64,000 nt of DNA from an uncultured Desulfovibrionales bacterium. Lineage in GTDB: Bacteria; Desulfobacterota; Desulfovibrionia; Desulfovibrionales; Desulfomicrobiaceae. Within the stretch, counting starts at the first letter, position 1. Every line of letters begins with the position of its first letter. The stretch is taken from the NCBI GenBank assembly GCA_963542765.1, contig CAUTYU010000010.1, positions 442 through 64,441 on the forward strand, read 5' to 3'. The notes under the pieces are model-generated. The model was not told where the DNA came from and made no database searches. It worked only from the letters and a program-made list of their open reading frames with translations. Shown here piece by piece: positions 26,140-35,556 of this stretch. The translations under genes and the position numbers were made by a program.

Positions 26140-26600
26140 AAAATCTCAAATAAACCGTACAAAATTCACTAGTTATAACTTTTTTAAAATTTCTCCAAAA
26201 ACCTATACCATTCCTTAATATCCCGTATAGTTCCGCATAATCCCAGTTTTTTTCAGTCTCAAATAATTTTGACAATTCAGTCTCAAATAATTTTTGCAAA
26301 TCGATTTATCTTTGTTTATTGAGCTGTTTTTTGCCGGCAGTTTATTTTGTTTGTTAGGTTCACTTTTATATTTTATGCTTGATATTCGTCTTACGCTCAA
26401 TTCTTTGCGTTTGGAAATTTCGTCTCAAATCGGTAAGTAGCCGGAGTTGTTTTGTTGTTTAAAAATTCGATTTAAATTTTCTGTGTATTTCGTCAACCAA
26501 TGTTTTTAAAGAGTCTTTTTGGTTTGCCTAATATCGGATATCGCGAAAAATGACAGGCGTGCGACCGTGGATTTTTAGCTGACTTGGTTTGAGACTGTAA
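26140..26600. repeat. repeat family TTTC(A)GTCTCAAAT (four direct copies, one inverted) plus ATTTCGTC-type sites; candidate transposase end-binding sites
   Basis: Direct copies are near 26143, 26254..26267, 26278..26291 and 26417..26430. The inverted copy TTTGAGACTG is at 26588..26597. ATTCGTC/ATTTCGTC occurs at 26384, 26417 and 26487 and reads GACGAAAT on the other strand, like the CGAAA core of Mu att sites. Confidence 0.4.
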
Positions 26601-26623
26601 AGATTGTCTTTGGATTTTTTGGG

Positions 26624-27220
26624 CTATTTTTTGTCTTCGAGAAAATCGGCAATCATACGGTCATATTCCGAAACAAGGTGAAATGTTTCCGCTGCCATTT
26701 TTTGGCGGAAGGCAAGCGAGACACACATTTTGTTCATATTCAGTTCTTTTTGCAGTTCGTCGTAATATTCCGGTTTAGGAATAACGAGCAGGCTGTGAAA
26801 ATTTTTTGCTCCCGCTCGAAGCAGTGTTGGTCCGCCGATGTCGATTTGTTCGACTGCTTCTGTGAGCGGCTGATTTTGACGGACAGCTTCGGCAAAATTA
26901 TAGAGATTAACACAGACCAAATCAAAGGCGGCAATGCCGTGTTCTTGCAAAGTTTGTAAATGTTCGGGACGGTCTTTGTCGGCAAGCACACCGCCGTGAA
27001 TATGTGGGTGCAGGGTTTTAACACGTCCGTCCAGAATCTCCGGAAAGCCGGTTACTTCACTGACTGCTTGTACGGGCAGCCCGGCTTCTTGCAGAGCCTT
27101 ATATGTGCCGCCTGTGGAAACCAGTTCAACGCCGCCTGCGTGCAGGTATTTTCCCAGTGCAATAAGACCACTTTTGTCCGTAACGCTTAAAATTGCTCTT
27201 CGTATGGGGAGGAGTTCCAT
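26624..27220 (-). CDS. purH: IMP cyclohydrolase (stand-alone PurH N-terminal MGS-like/IMPCH domain)
   Basis: Start at MELLPIRRAILSVTDKSG (27220). Motifs LVSTGGT, DGRVKTLHP, HGGVLA and IDIGGP are the PurH IMPCH domain. At about 198 aa it has no AICARFT domain. Confidence 0.8.
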   Translation of the reverse strand: MELLPIRRAILSVTDKSGLIALGKYLHAGGVELVSTGGTYKALQEAGLPVQAVSEVTGFPEILDGRVKTLHPHIHGGVLADKDRPEHLQTLQEHGIAAFDLVCVNLYNFAEAVRQNQPLTEAVEQIDIGGPTLLRAGAKNFHSLLVIPKPEYYDELQKELNMNKMCVSLAFRQKMAAETFHLVSEYDRMIADFLEDKK

Positions 27221-27230
27221 CGTCTTGCCT

Positions 27231-29411
27231 TTATTTTTTAAATTTTCCGAGATTGACCGGTTGTGTCCAGCCTCCGCCGTTGTTGTCATTGACAATCCAG
27301 ATTTCGCCGTTTAGCAGGCAAATACCTTCGGGGCGGCTTTGCAAAATATTGCTGTCCAGTAAGTCGCGGACAAGAGTTTTATTGAGTACTTTGTCGTCGG
27401 TAATGTCTTTTGCCGGCACGCTGTAAATACGTTTTATTTTGGAGGAGCAGGCAGGAGAATTGTCTCGTTCGATAATGAGCAGTTGTCCGTCTTCAGTATA
27501 AGTAAGCCCGGAAATGCCTACCCAGTATTTTCTGGGATTATTTGCAGTTTGGCAAAGAGGATACCATGCTGCTGTCCATTTTTTAGTGTCGATGTCGTAG
27601 CGAAGAATGGCGGCATTTGGGCTTGCAGGGTCAAAACCTCGTTGCATGGCGATAAAGATTGTTTTTTCATCGGGACTGAGTGTTATGCCTTCGAAACCGT
27701 AGCGAATGGGAGCTCCATATTTACGGATAAGTTTTTCGGAAAGATGAATTTCTTTTTTGATTTTTCCTGTTTGATCGGCAAAAATTAGCAAATTATCTTC
27801 CGCTTTTTGTCCTTCCGCGACCAGCCAAAAACCGTTTTGACTTCGACAAATTCCTTCCAAATCATAGTGAACCGGATAGCCTTTTTTGGTAAGTATGATT
27901 TTTTTATCAATTTCAATTTGACCGTTTTGAAGATTGTGTATATTGAGCCGCCAAATTTTGGAAGGACTGAAGGCATGGTCCCCGACGGAATAAAGATATT
28001 TTCCATCCGTAGTCAGCCCTGAAAGTGAACCCCACTGATATTTTTTGGAAAAAATGAGCGGCTTTGTCGGTGTTGCAAATGTTTCTTTTGAGCTTGCTTT
28101 ATAAATGGTAAGCGTGCCGTCGCCTTTGTTGGGAGTAACAAGTATCGTACCGTCCGTGCGGTGAATGGCGAGCAGGTCTTCTGGTTTTTCGCCGGTCGGT
28201 ATGATTTGGATAAATTCTCCGTTTCCAGAAGAGTTGATTTTGTAGACAATTAGAAAAGACCCTCTTTCGGAGCTGGCAATTAAAAAATCTTCGTCAAAAA
28301 GTTTGGTCGAGATAATACATTTCGGTTCAATTCCTCGTTTTTCCGAACGTCTGTCCGGATAATGACCGAGTAAAGTTGCTTTGCGTTCGAGGTCGAAATC
28401 GGTTTCCCAGATACATTTGCCGGTTTGTATTTCATGTAAACTGAGACTGCGACCGCCGGAATGTGTGGTATTTTGTGATGTGTATTGTGTGTTGCCCTCG
28501 TTCGCCAAAGCGAGCCATGTTTTTTCCCCTTTGGTAACATAGGCGAGCATTTTTGGTTCCCGTCTGCCTTTGAAATTGTCGGTAAAGAAAATTTGCTTGT
28601 CTCGTTTGAGGTCGGCAGGTCGGTTTTTGGTAACACCGGCACAAAAAATATTTTGCAATTTAGGAGCGTCCGGCTCGGTAATGTCAATAAAAGCAACGGC
28701 ATTGTTGTCTTGTAGACTTACCGCTGCTTGTTTGAGTTTGGAATTGATTGTTACAAATTCCGGTTTGGGGTCTGAGGGAAAATTGACACCGGCAACGGCT
28801 TGTAAGGTGGCGACAGGAAATTCGACACTTGCAATGCTTGAGTGGGCGACATCATTTTTGTTTATACAAATCACATCAACCCGTCCGGGGCGTTTACCGC
28901 CAAGCGTTGGTCTGCCGTATTCGTCCGATTCTTCATCTTTAATGGCAACAACGGCTACGAGTTTGTTTTGTATCGTTTCAAGGGCAACATAATTCGGTCC
29001 TACACCGATCGGGAGTTTGCCTTTTGCAACCGGCTTTTGAGGATTTTTAATGTCATATAAAAGAAGTGTGCCGGGAAATGCTTTTTCTGCATCATCTCCG
29101 TTACGAGCTACACAAACAAGAAAATTACCGTCGGGGCTGACAGCTACGGAAGTCGGAAGAGATTCTCCGGTTGGGGTAAAGCCGATATGTTTGGGTGTTG
29201 TGGGGTTGGAAATATCAAGTATTCCGATTCCATTGTCGGTAATGTTTGTATAGAACAAGACATCGCCTTTTGGCGTGGCACAAATATTTTCGGCGATTGC
29301 TCCGTTATGAAGAGTTGTGTGCGATACAAGTACAAAAGATTTAAAATCGCCTGCATTTGCCGAGTATCCAACAAAAAGTAAAAAAAAGCTCAGTAAAATT
29401 CGACGAAACAT
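27231..29411 (-). CDS. secreted beta-propeller protein with C-terminal phytase-like (esterase-like) domain
   Basis: Start at MFRRILLSFFLLFVGYSANA (signal peptide) with SD ggagg upstream. The track's longer ORF overlaps recJ. The C-terminal half has repeated EGI/FEGIT/ERDN/VNDNN motifs, as in PF13449-type proteins. Confidence 0.55.
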   Translation of the reverse strand: MFRRILLSFFLLFVGYSANAGDFKSFVLVSHTTLHNGAIAENICATPKGDVLFYTNITDNGIGILDISNPTTPKHIGFTPTGESLPTSVAVSPDGNFLVCVARNGDDAEKAFPGTLLLYDIKNPQKPVAKGKLPIGVGPNYVALETIQNKLVAVVAIKDEESDEYGRPTLGGKRPGRVDVICINKNDVAHSSIASVEFPVATLQAVAGVNFPSDPKPEFVTINSKLKQAAVSLQDNNAVAFIDITEPDAPKLQNIFCAGVTKNRPADLKRDKQIFFTDNFKGRREPKMLAYVTKGEKTWLALANEGNTQYTSQNTTHSGGRSLSLHEIQTGKCIWETDFDLERKATLLGHYPDRRSEKRGIEPKCIISTKLFDEDFLIASSERGSFLIVYKINSSGNGEFIQIIPTGEKPEDLLAIHRTDGTILVTPNKGDGTLTIYKASSKETFATPTKPLIFSKKYQWGSLSGLTTDGKYLYSVGDHAFSPSKIWRLNIHNLQNGQIEIDKKIILTKKGYPVHYDLEGICRSQNGFWLVAEGQKAEDNLLIFADQTGKIKKEIHLSEKLIRKYGAPIRYGFEGITLSPDEKTIFIAMQRGFDPASPNAAILRYDIDTKKWTAAWYPLCQTANNPRKYWVGISGLTYTEDGQLLIIERDNSPACSSKIKRIYSVPAKDITDDKVLNKTLVRDLLDSNILQSRPEGICLLNGEIWIVNDNNGGGWTQPVNLGKFKK

Positions 29412-29458
29412 TTTTCCTCCGGTTGTTAAAAATAAAATAACAATGCCTCGAAAATACA

Positions 29459-31159
29459 TTATGGACAAACTTTTATGTCTTCCAGTTGTAAGTTGATGCT
29501 TGTCAAACCTTTGTATGTACTTTTTTGCGGTCTGAAAGCTAAAATGTACGGTGTGTTTTCCCGTAAAATATTTTGCCATTTATCAGCCATATTCCAAGCA
29601 ATTGCTTGAAAAGAGCCTTTGGTGATGTCGGTGGATTGCAGCTTGAGCTCGAGGTGTTTTGAGCCGAAAGTGCGTATCGCTTGAACAGTTACAGGTTGAG
29701 ATTGAAAAATCGGTTGCCTGTTGCCTATGCCGAACGGTTGCATCAATTCGATTTCTTGTAAAAGTGCAAGGTTAATATCGGAAAATGGAAGCAGGGCATC
29801 AATAGCGATATTGCGGACAGGTTTTTGTTCACCGAGTTGCTTGCAAACCGCTTTATCAAAGGCGGCAGCGAGTTTGGGAAGTTGTTCCGGTAGCAGACTG
29901 AATCCTGCTGCCATACGATGACCGCCAAACTGTTTGAGTTCGTTTTTACATTCGTCAAGGGCTTGATATAAATCAATTTGTGCAATGCTTCGTCCCGAAC
30001 CTTTGAGCTGGTCGTTATCTTTGGTAATCATCAAACAAGGTTTGTAAAAAATTTCGACCATTTTGGAAGCGACAACACCGATAATTCCGCTGTCCCAATG
30101 TGGAGCATATAAAATGAGGCAGTTTGAACCTTCTTTGGCAAGAGCCTGTTCTTTGGCTTCGTTGCAGGTTGTTTTTTCCAATTCTTTGCGTTGGGTATTG
30201 AGTTTTTCAAGTTGTCCGGCAATATGAACAGCTTGGGATTTGTCGTTTGTTGTGAGCAGTTCAAAGGCAAGAGTTGGATTGTCGATTCGTCCGGCGGCAT
30301 TCAATCGAGGAGCAAGTCCGAAACTGATTTCTCCCGTGCCGACAGTGGCATCGGTCGCAAATCCACAGGCTTTTTTGAGGGCGGCAATACCTGGTCGTCT
30401 GGCTTCTTGTAAAAGTAGCATTCCGTTTTTGACCAAAATTCGGTTGTGTTCACTGAGCGGCACAAGGTCGGCAACCGTGCCAATGGCTACCAAATCCAGA
30501 TAGTCTCTGATGTCAATCCGTTCACCAGACAGCAAATTATTAAGAGCCGCAGCTAAATAAAAAGCAACACCTACGCCTGCCAAATGCGGAACGGGACAAG
30601 GTGCAAGACAGGGATTGAGAATTGCATCGGCATCGGGAAGTTCGGCTGGCATATGGTGGTCGGTAATAATTGTCGTTAGTCCGAGTTTTTTGGCGTGAGC
30701 GATTTCTGTTCCTGCTGTAATGCCGCAATCAACTGTAATAAGTGTTTTTACTCCTTGCTTGGCAAGGTTGTCTATTTCGTTTGTGTTTAAGCCGTATCCC
30801 CAGCTCCGACAGGGAATAATCGGAACTATTTCAAGATTTAAGCGTTTTTTAAAAAATAAAAATAAAAGGGCGGTTGCCGTAATGCCGTCCGCATCATAGT
30901 CGCCCCAAACGGCTATTTTATGTCCGCAAACAATCGAGTTGCAAACGGTTTCCGCTGCTTTTTGTACGGCTGTCCAGTCCTTCCAGTGCGGTAGATGGCG
31001 AAGTCCGGGCGATAAATACCTATCCATTGCTCCGGCATCTTCAAATCCTCGTTGTATCAGTAAACCAGCGAGAAGCGGAGAAATTTCAAGCTGCTTGGCA
31101 AGGCTTTTAATTTTTTCCTGAGGAAGTGTTTTATTTTGTATATCCCATTGCAAGGTCAT
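29459..31159 (-). CDS. recJ: single-stranded-DNA-specific exonuclease RecJ
   Basis: 566 aa. DHH motifs are WGDYDADGIT, TVDCGI and IITDHH, with DHHA1 GGHRMAAG. Confidence 0.9.
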   Translation of the reverse strand: MTLQWDIQNKTLPQEKIKSLAKQLEISPLLAGLLIQRGFEDAGAMDRYLSPGLRHLPHWKDWTAVQKAAETVCNSIVCGHKIAVWGDYDADGITATALLFLFFKKRLNLEIVPIIPCRSWGYGLNTNEIDNLAKQGVKTLITVDCGITAGTEIAHAKKLGLTTIITDHHMPAELPDADAILNPCLAPCPVPHLAGVGVAFYLAAALNNLLSGERIDIRDYLDLVAIGTVADLVPLSEHNRILVKNGMLLLQEARRPGIAALKKACGFATDATVGTGEISFGLAPRLNAAGRIDNPTLAFELLTTNDKSQAVHIAGQLEKLNTQRKELEKTTCNEAKEQALAKEGSNCLILYAPHWDSGIIGVVASKMVEIFYKPCLMITKDNDQLKGSGRSIAQIDLYQALDECKNELKQFGGHRMAAGFSLLPEQLPKLAAAFDKAVCKQLGEQKPVRNIAIDALLPFSDINLALLQEIELMQPFGIGNRQPIFQSQPVTVQAIRTFGSKHLELKLQSTDITKGSFQAIAWNMADKWQNILRENTPYILAFRPQKSTYKGLTSINLQLEDIKVCP

Positions 31160-31179
31160 ACAAATATCCTGTTTAAGAG

Positions 31180-31926
31180 TTACTTAAGTAAATTTTTCTT
31201 TTTCATGTAGTCAATAAATTTCTGTGCGGCTTCAAAATTTTTATTGATTTTTAAAGCTTTTTGTAAACATTCAGCAACTTTGTCCATTTCTTGTTTGTCA
31301 AAATAAACGCGAGCCATATTGTAATAGAGGTTTTCGTCTTCTTTTGCCAGCTCTTCCGCTCGTTGATAATAGGTAATAGATTCATCGAGCAGTTTGTTTT
31401 TGCGAAGATTAATTCCAAATTCATTAAAGAGATGTTTATGTTCTGCATCAAAAGTTGCATCAAGTTTGACCAGTCGGTTGAGAATGTTGTTTGCTTTTTC
31501 TTGTTCACCTCGTTCTAAGTAAGTCAAACCAAGACCAAAATTCGCTTTAATATTTTGTTCGTCGATATTTAATGCTTTTGTGTATTCGTGTTCTGCACTG
31601 TATGTTTCACCGTTTTTACGGTGTCTATCTGCAAGAGCAATTGTTTTTGTCAGTTCTCGCATTTTTGGATAAACTGTTTTTGTATACATTTCCGGTTCAG
31701 GAGTGTAGTTTTCCAAAAAATCGTCTTTGTTTATAAGTCTTTTTTCACCGGCAGGAACACTGTTGTAATTTAGAGCTTGGATTTCCAGTTTGTCATCTTC
31801 TTGTTCCAATACATACCAGTACATTTTTTGTACGGTTTTTCTTTGTGTTACACCTGTTCCTACTTTGGCAATGGTTTGAGTTGAAAAAAGTCCTTTGATT
31901 TTAGTTTGTTGTTGTTTTTCTGTCAT
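31180..31926 (-). CDS. TPR-repeat protein
   Basis: 248 aa. The C-terminal half has tandem TPR-like helices (AEHEYTKALNID..., GLGLTYLERGE..., YYNMARVYFDKQE...). Confidence 0.65.
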   Translation of the reverse strand: MTEKQQQTKIKGLFSTQTIAKVGTGVTQRKTVQKMYWYVLEQEDDKLEIQALNYNSVPAGEKRLINKDDFLENYTPEPEMYTKTVYPKMRELTKTIALADRHRKNGETYSAEHEYTKALNIDEQNIKANFGLGLTYLERGEQEKANNILNRLVKLDATFDAEHKHLFNEFGINLRKNKLLDESITYYQRAEELAKEDENLYYNMARVYFDKQEMDKVAECLQKALKINKNFEAAQKFIDYMKKKNLLK

Positions 31927-31988
31927 TTTTTTCTCCGGTAAATGTCGTTTTGAAAAATATTTGTATCGTGTGTTTTTTTTAAAAATTT

Positions 31989-32621
31989 TTATTTGGTTTC
32001 GGCAAGCAGCTTTGTCGCAATATCGTCAAGAAATCGGTCTTGTTTGAGAGTTTGAGCAAGATATATTGCCTCAAGCGATGCAAATGCCTTTTGCAAGTCA
32101 TCATTGATGATATGATACTCAAAAAAACGGGCTTGGGCAATTTCGTTTTTGGCGTTATGAAGTCTTTGTTGGAGGCTTGCCTGTGTTTCGGTTTGTCTGA
32201 GCAGAAGCCGATTTTTAAGCTCCGTAAATGAGGGCGGAAACAAAAAAATAAATGTTGCTTGAGGTAAAGTCTTTTGCAGTTGCAACGCTCCTTGTACATC
32301 AATATCAAAAAGCAGGTCATCTCCCTGTTTGCAGCATTTTTGCACATATTCAAGCGGCGTGCCATAATAATTGCCGTGTACGTTTGCCCATTCGGCAAAG
32401 TATCCTTGCTTTTGGCGAGCTAAAAATTCCGTTTCACTGAGAAAAAAATAATCTTTGCCGTCTTTTTCATTAGCACGGAGCGGACGCGTGGTGCAGGAAA
32501 TTGAATAACGGAACTGTGGATAGCGTTCAGTAAGTTTTTGGATAAGTGTACTTTTTCCCGTTCCGGACGGAGCACTTATAACCAGTAGTACACCTTTTCT
32601 TGCCGGTTCGGAGTTAGTCAT
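31989..32621 (-). CDS. gmk: guanylate kinase
   Basis: Start at [11 protein letters not shown]-loop is [28 protein letters not shown] is typical of Gmk. Confidence 0.9.
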   Translation of the reverse strand: MTNSEPARKGVLLVISAPSGTGKSTLIQKLTERYPQFRYSISCTTRPLRANEKDGKDYFFLSETEFLARQKQGYFAEWANVHGNYYGTPLEYVQKCCKQGDDLLFDIDVQGALQLQKTLPQATFIFLFPPSFTELKNRLLLRQTETQASLQQRLHNAKNEIAQARFFEYHIINDDLQKAFASLEAIYLAQTLKQDRFLDDIATKLLAETK

Positions 32622-32874
32622 TTTTATTTTCTTCCAGTCTTTGGGCAATTGTTTCGGGCTGTACGGCAGAAAGAATGCAGTGATTGGAGTCGGTTATGAT
32701 AATCGAGCGGGTTTTTCTGCCCTGTGTGGCATCAATAAGTCTGCCGTCTTGGCGGGCATCTTCCCGTAAGCGACGCATGGGTGAAGAACCCGGTCCGATA
32801 ATGGCGACAATTCGTGATGAGACAACGGAATTGTTGTAGCCGATATTTAATAACATATTATTTTGTTTTGCCAT
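32614..32874 (-). CDS. remA: RemA/DUF370 family protein
   Basis: 86 aa. [18 protein letters not shown]......SPMRRL.......[21 protein letters not shown] matches DUF370. It sits in the yicC-remA-gmk context. Confidence 0.85.
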   Translation of the reverse strand: MAKQNNMLLNIGYNNSVVSSRIVAIIGPGSSPMRRLREDARQDGRLIDATQGRKTRSIIITDSNHCILSAVQPETIAQRLEENKND

Positions 32875-32883
32875 TTTTTTCTC

Positions 32884-33750
32884 CTATTCGAGATTTTGTA
32901 CCTGTTCCCGACATTTTTCAAGCTCTGTTTTGAAGTCAACCGCCAGATGGCTGATTTGTGTGTTTTGAGATTTGTTGGAGCAGGTGGTGATTTCACGGAA
33001 ACATTCCTGTAAAAGAAAATCAAGTTTGCGACCGGTGTCGGTCGATTTTTTTAAAAGTATGCTGATTTCTTGTAAATGCACACCAAGTCTTGTTAATTCT
33101 TCGCTGACATCTAATTTGTCCGCTAAAATGGCAAGTTCTTGCAGCATACGGTCTTCGGAGATGATATGGTCTTTTAAAAGTTCATGAATTCTTTCTTGTA
33201 ACGAATTGAATTTGTCAGTTGCCAAATTAGTACACTTATTTTGCAGTAAAAGAAGGATTTGGTGCATTTTTTTACAGCGATTTTGTAAATCTTCGCTCAG
33301 AGCTTCGCCTTCTCGTATGCGTTCTGTGTCCCAGTTTTGCACGACTCGCTCAAGTCCTTTTAGCAGTTCGGTTTCTAAATCTGAATCGGAGGCGAGATTT
33401 CCTTCTTTCCAAAGAAACGGCACATTAAAAAGACGGCTTACATCTATTTCCTTAGCATTTGGAAGAAATTGTTGCAGTTGGTTAAGCATTGAAGTTGCAA
33501 GAGCCGTGTCGAGCTGAATATTTTGCAGTTTAGAATCCGTAATCCGAAGAGCAAGAAAAATTTCTATTTTTCCTCGCAGTGCAGTTTTTTTGAGGATTTT
33601 TTCCCATTTGCCGAGCATTGAATTAAGAAAAGAAGGCGTTTTGAAATGCAAATCAAGGTGGCGACTGTTGACGCTTTTTATTTCCCAAGTGGCATTCCAT
33701 CCGGAATTGGTGATTTGTTGTCGACCGTATCCGGTCATACTTTTGGGCAT
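32884..33750 (-). CDS. yicC: YicC family stress-induced protein
   Basis: Start at MPKSMTGYGR (33750). The MTGYG N-terminus, a SVNSRHLDL-like motif and the C-terminal DUF1732 pattern (EITTCSNKSQ) fit YicC. Confidence 0.85.
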   Translation of the reverse strand: MPKSMTGYGRQQITNSGWNATWEIKSVNSRHLDLHFKTPSFLNSMLGKWEKILKKTALRGKIEIFLALRITDSKLQNIQLDTALATSMLNQLQQFLPNAKEIDVSRLFNVPFLWKEGNLASDSDLETELLKGLERVVQNWDTERIREGEALSEDLQNRCKKMHQILLLLQNKCTNLATDKFNSLQERIHELLKDHIISEDRMLQELAILADKLDVSEELTRLGVHLQEISILLKKSTDTGRKLDFLLQECFREITTCSNKSQNTQISHLAVDFKTELEKCREQVQNLE

Positions 33751-33764
33751 ATATTTTCCTTTTT

Positions 33765-34301
33765 TTATTTTTTTAATTTTTTGATTTGAGCATGATAGAG
33801 AGTGCGAATTCGCGTAAGGTGGTTTTGTATTTCCAAAGTCGCATAATCCGGAAAAGTCCACGGTAAATTTGTCCAGTTTCCTTTGTGAAAAATTAAGGTC
33901 AAGTCCGCCCAAATCCCTTGTTCCAGATAAACACGGTGCGTAAAATTTTTGCCTGTTGCCAACACCAGCCTTTCCAATGTTAAATAGCCCGGGTCAAGAT
34001 TGAAAGTACGGTTGCCGTTAACGGTAAAGTGATTTTCAATAGTATTTGTCCAGAGCTTAATTTGCGGTAAATGTTGCATCGTACGCAGATTTTCAAAACC
34101 AAGCAAGCGTCGAAAAATCGGAAAGCCCATCTCCGCATTGTAGTATGTTGTTTGTGTAAAAGGAATTTCAGGCGAAAGATAGTCTATCTTGCCAAGTTTG
34201 TCTTCGAGTTCATTTTGAAGTTGCGGCCAAAAACTTTTCCAATCGGCACTTAAAATTGATAAAATGAATTTTGCCGGTTGCGGTTCGTAAGGAATGCTCA
34301 T
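33765..34301 (-). CDS. DUF4416 family protein
   Basis: 178 aa. The pattern PAKFILSILS....F....L.....G.IDY.S....F..T.YY..EMG resembles DUF4416. Confidence 0.7.
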   Translation of the reverse strand: MSIPYEPQPAKFILSILSADWKSFWPQLQNELEDKLGKIDYLSPEIPFTQTTYYNAEMGFPIFRRLLGFENLRTMQHLPQIKLWTNTIENHFTVNGNRTFNLDPGYLTLERLVLATGKNFTHRVYLEQGIWADLTLIFHKGNWTNLPWTFPDYATLEIQNHLTRIRTLYHAQIKKLKK

Positions 34302-35530
34302 CAGCTCACCAAAAGAGTGTTGTTGTGTACGCCAAGAGGACGAACGGTTTGCAGCTCACCGGGAATGAGGCGTGTTTGGCTATAACATTCGACATAAAAT
34401 TCGCACATTCCTTTTTGGGAATTTTCCGCTACGATTTTAAGTCGGTCCTGCTTGCTCAAGGTCGTGAGAAAATGTTGTTTTTTTTGGGCAACAAGATAGC
34501 GAAGTTCTTTTGCCCGTTTATGGCGGATATGGGGAAAAATCTGATTGGGAAAGTTTGCTGCCGGAGTTTTAGGGCGAGGTGAGTAAGGAAAAATATGAGC
34601 ATAAGTCAGAGGTGATTTTTGGCAAAAATCAAGAGTTTCGGTAAAAAAATCGTCAGTTTCTCCCGGAAAACCGGTAATAATATCAAATCCGAGTGCAAAA
34701 ATCGGCCAAAATTTTCGCAGTTCTTGTAAAAACGGAAGCAGGTCATTTGCTTTATAGTGGTTTCGCCGCATATTTCGCAGGACATTATCGCTCGCACTTT
34801 GTAGGGAAATATGCAGATGGGGACAGATAAGTTTGCTTTTTTGCAAAACGCCAAGAGCTTTTTTGTCGAGTTCTGACGGTTCAAGAGAACTGAGGCGAAT
34901 ACGGTGGTTTGGAGCAAATTCGGCAAGATGGTCTTCCAAATATGTCAGTAAATCCCAAAAATCACAGGCAGGTAAAAGGTCTTGCCCGAAGAGCCTGAGA
35001 TTGACTCCACAAAGACTGATTTCTTTGATTCCGCTTTGAAACAGGTTTAGAATTTCGTTCATGATTGAGGCGAAATCCCGGCTGCGTGAGCGACCTCTGG
35101 CTCTTGGGATAATACAGTAGGTGCAATTATGGGTGCAGCCGTCATGAATTTTTATGGCAGCTCTTGACCGATAGTAACCGGTAATTTCTTCTTTCTGTTT
35201 TGAATTTTGCCAAAGTTTTGTTTTTTGAAATTGCGGAATAACGCTTGTAACGCGGGGGAGTTGTTTGAGTTCTTGGCTAAAAATTTGGGCAGCACAGCCG
35301 GTAACGATGATTTCGGTATCAGTGCGTTGGAAGCGGCGAATAAAATTGTATAAATCTTGAACCGCCCGCTGTGTAACGGCACAGCTGTTGATGAGTAAAA
35401 TATCGGCCTGTTCGATATTTTTTATTTCACGGTAGCCTTTTTGAACCCAAGCCTCACGAATAAGTTGGCTTTCGTATTGATTGACCTTGCAGCCTTGTGT
35501 GTACAAAAAAAATGTCTTGGAGGAGTTCAT
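34301..35530 (-). CDS. mtaB: radical SAM methylthiotransferase, MiaB/MtaB family
   Basis: 409 aa. N-terminal UPF0004 domain (FLYTQGCKVNQYES, INSCAVT) and radical SAM CxxxCxxC (CTHNCTYC). Confidence 0.8.
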   Translation of the reverse strand: MNSSKTFFLYTQGCKVNQYESQLIREAWVQKGYREIKNIEQADILLINSCAVTQRAVQDLYNFIRRFQRTDTEIIVTGCAAQIFSQELKQLPRVTSVIPQFQKTKLWQNSKQKEEITGYYRSRAAIKIHDGCTHNCTYCIIPRARGRSRSRDFASIMNEILNLFQSGIKEISLCGVNLRLFGQDLLPACDFWDLLTYLEDHLAEFAPNHRIRLSSLEPSELDKKALGVLQKSKLICPHLHISLQSASDNVLRNMRRNHYKANDLLPFLQELRKFWPIFALGFDIITGFPGETDDFFTETLDFCQKSPLTYAHIFPYSPRPKTPAANFPNQIFPHIRHKRAKELRYLVAQKKQHFLTTLSKQDRLKIVAENSQKGMCEFYVECYSQTRLIPGELQTVRPLGVHNNTLLVS

Positions 35531-35556
35531 TTGTAGTGTAGCTGGCGGAGAAATTC

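Larger units (their letters stand above)
1..26560. mobile_element. Mu-like transposable prophage (partial; continues beyond window start) with P2-type contractile tail; right (c-repressor-proximal) end somewhere in 26100..26620
   Basis: Contiguous repressor/Ner/MuA-like/MuB-like early region (20449..26079) plus full virion and lysis gene set (1..20338). Visibly GC-richer than 26.6-64 kb. Host housekeeping genes begin at 26624. The exact end was not determined. Confidence 0.85.

Noticed and set aside
26081-26400. Two minus-strand ORFs (72 and 61 aa) in the spacer after the repressor gene
   Set aside because: They are AT-rich and low-complexity and overlap the repeat family. This is more likely non-coding att or regulatory DNA.
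26140-26600. CRISPR-like appearance of the repeated GTCTCAAAT motif
   Set aside because: The repeats are only about 11-14 bp, irregularly spaced, one is inverted, and no cas genes are present. This is not a CRISPR array.
27231-29579. Full 782-aa version of the beta-propeller ORF
   Set aside because: The first 56 codons overlap the 3' end of recJ and precede an obvious signal peptide that has its own SD. I used the start at 29411.
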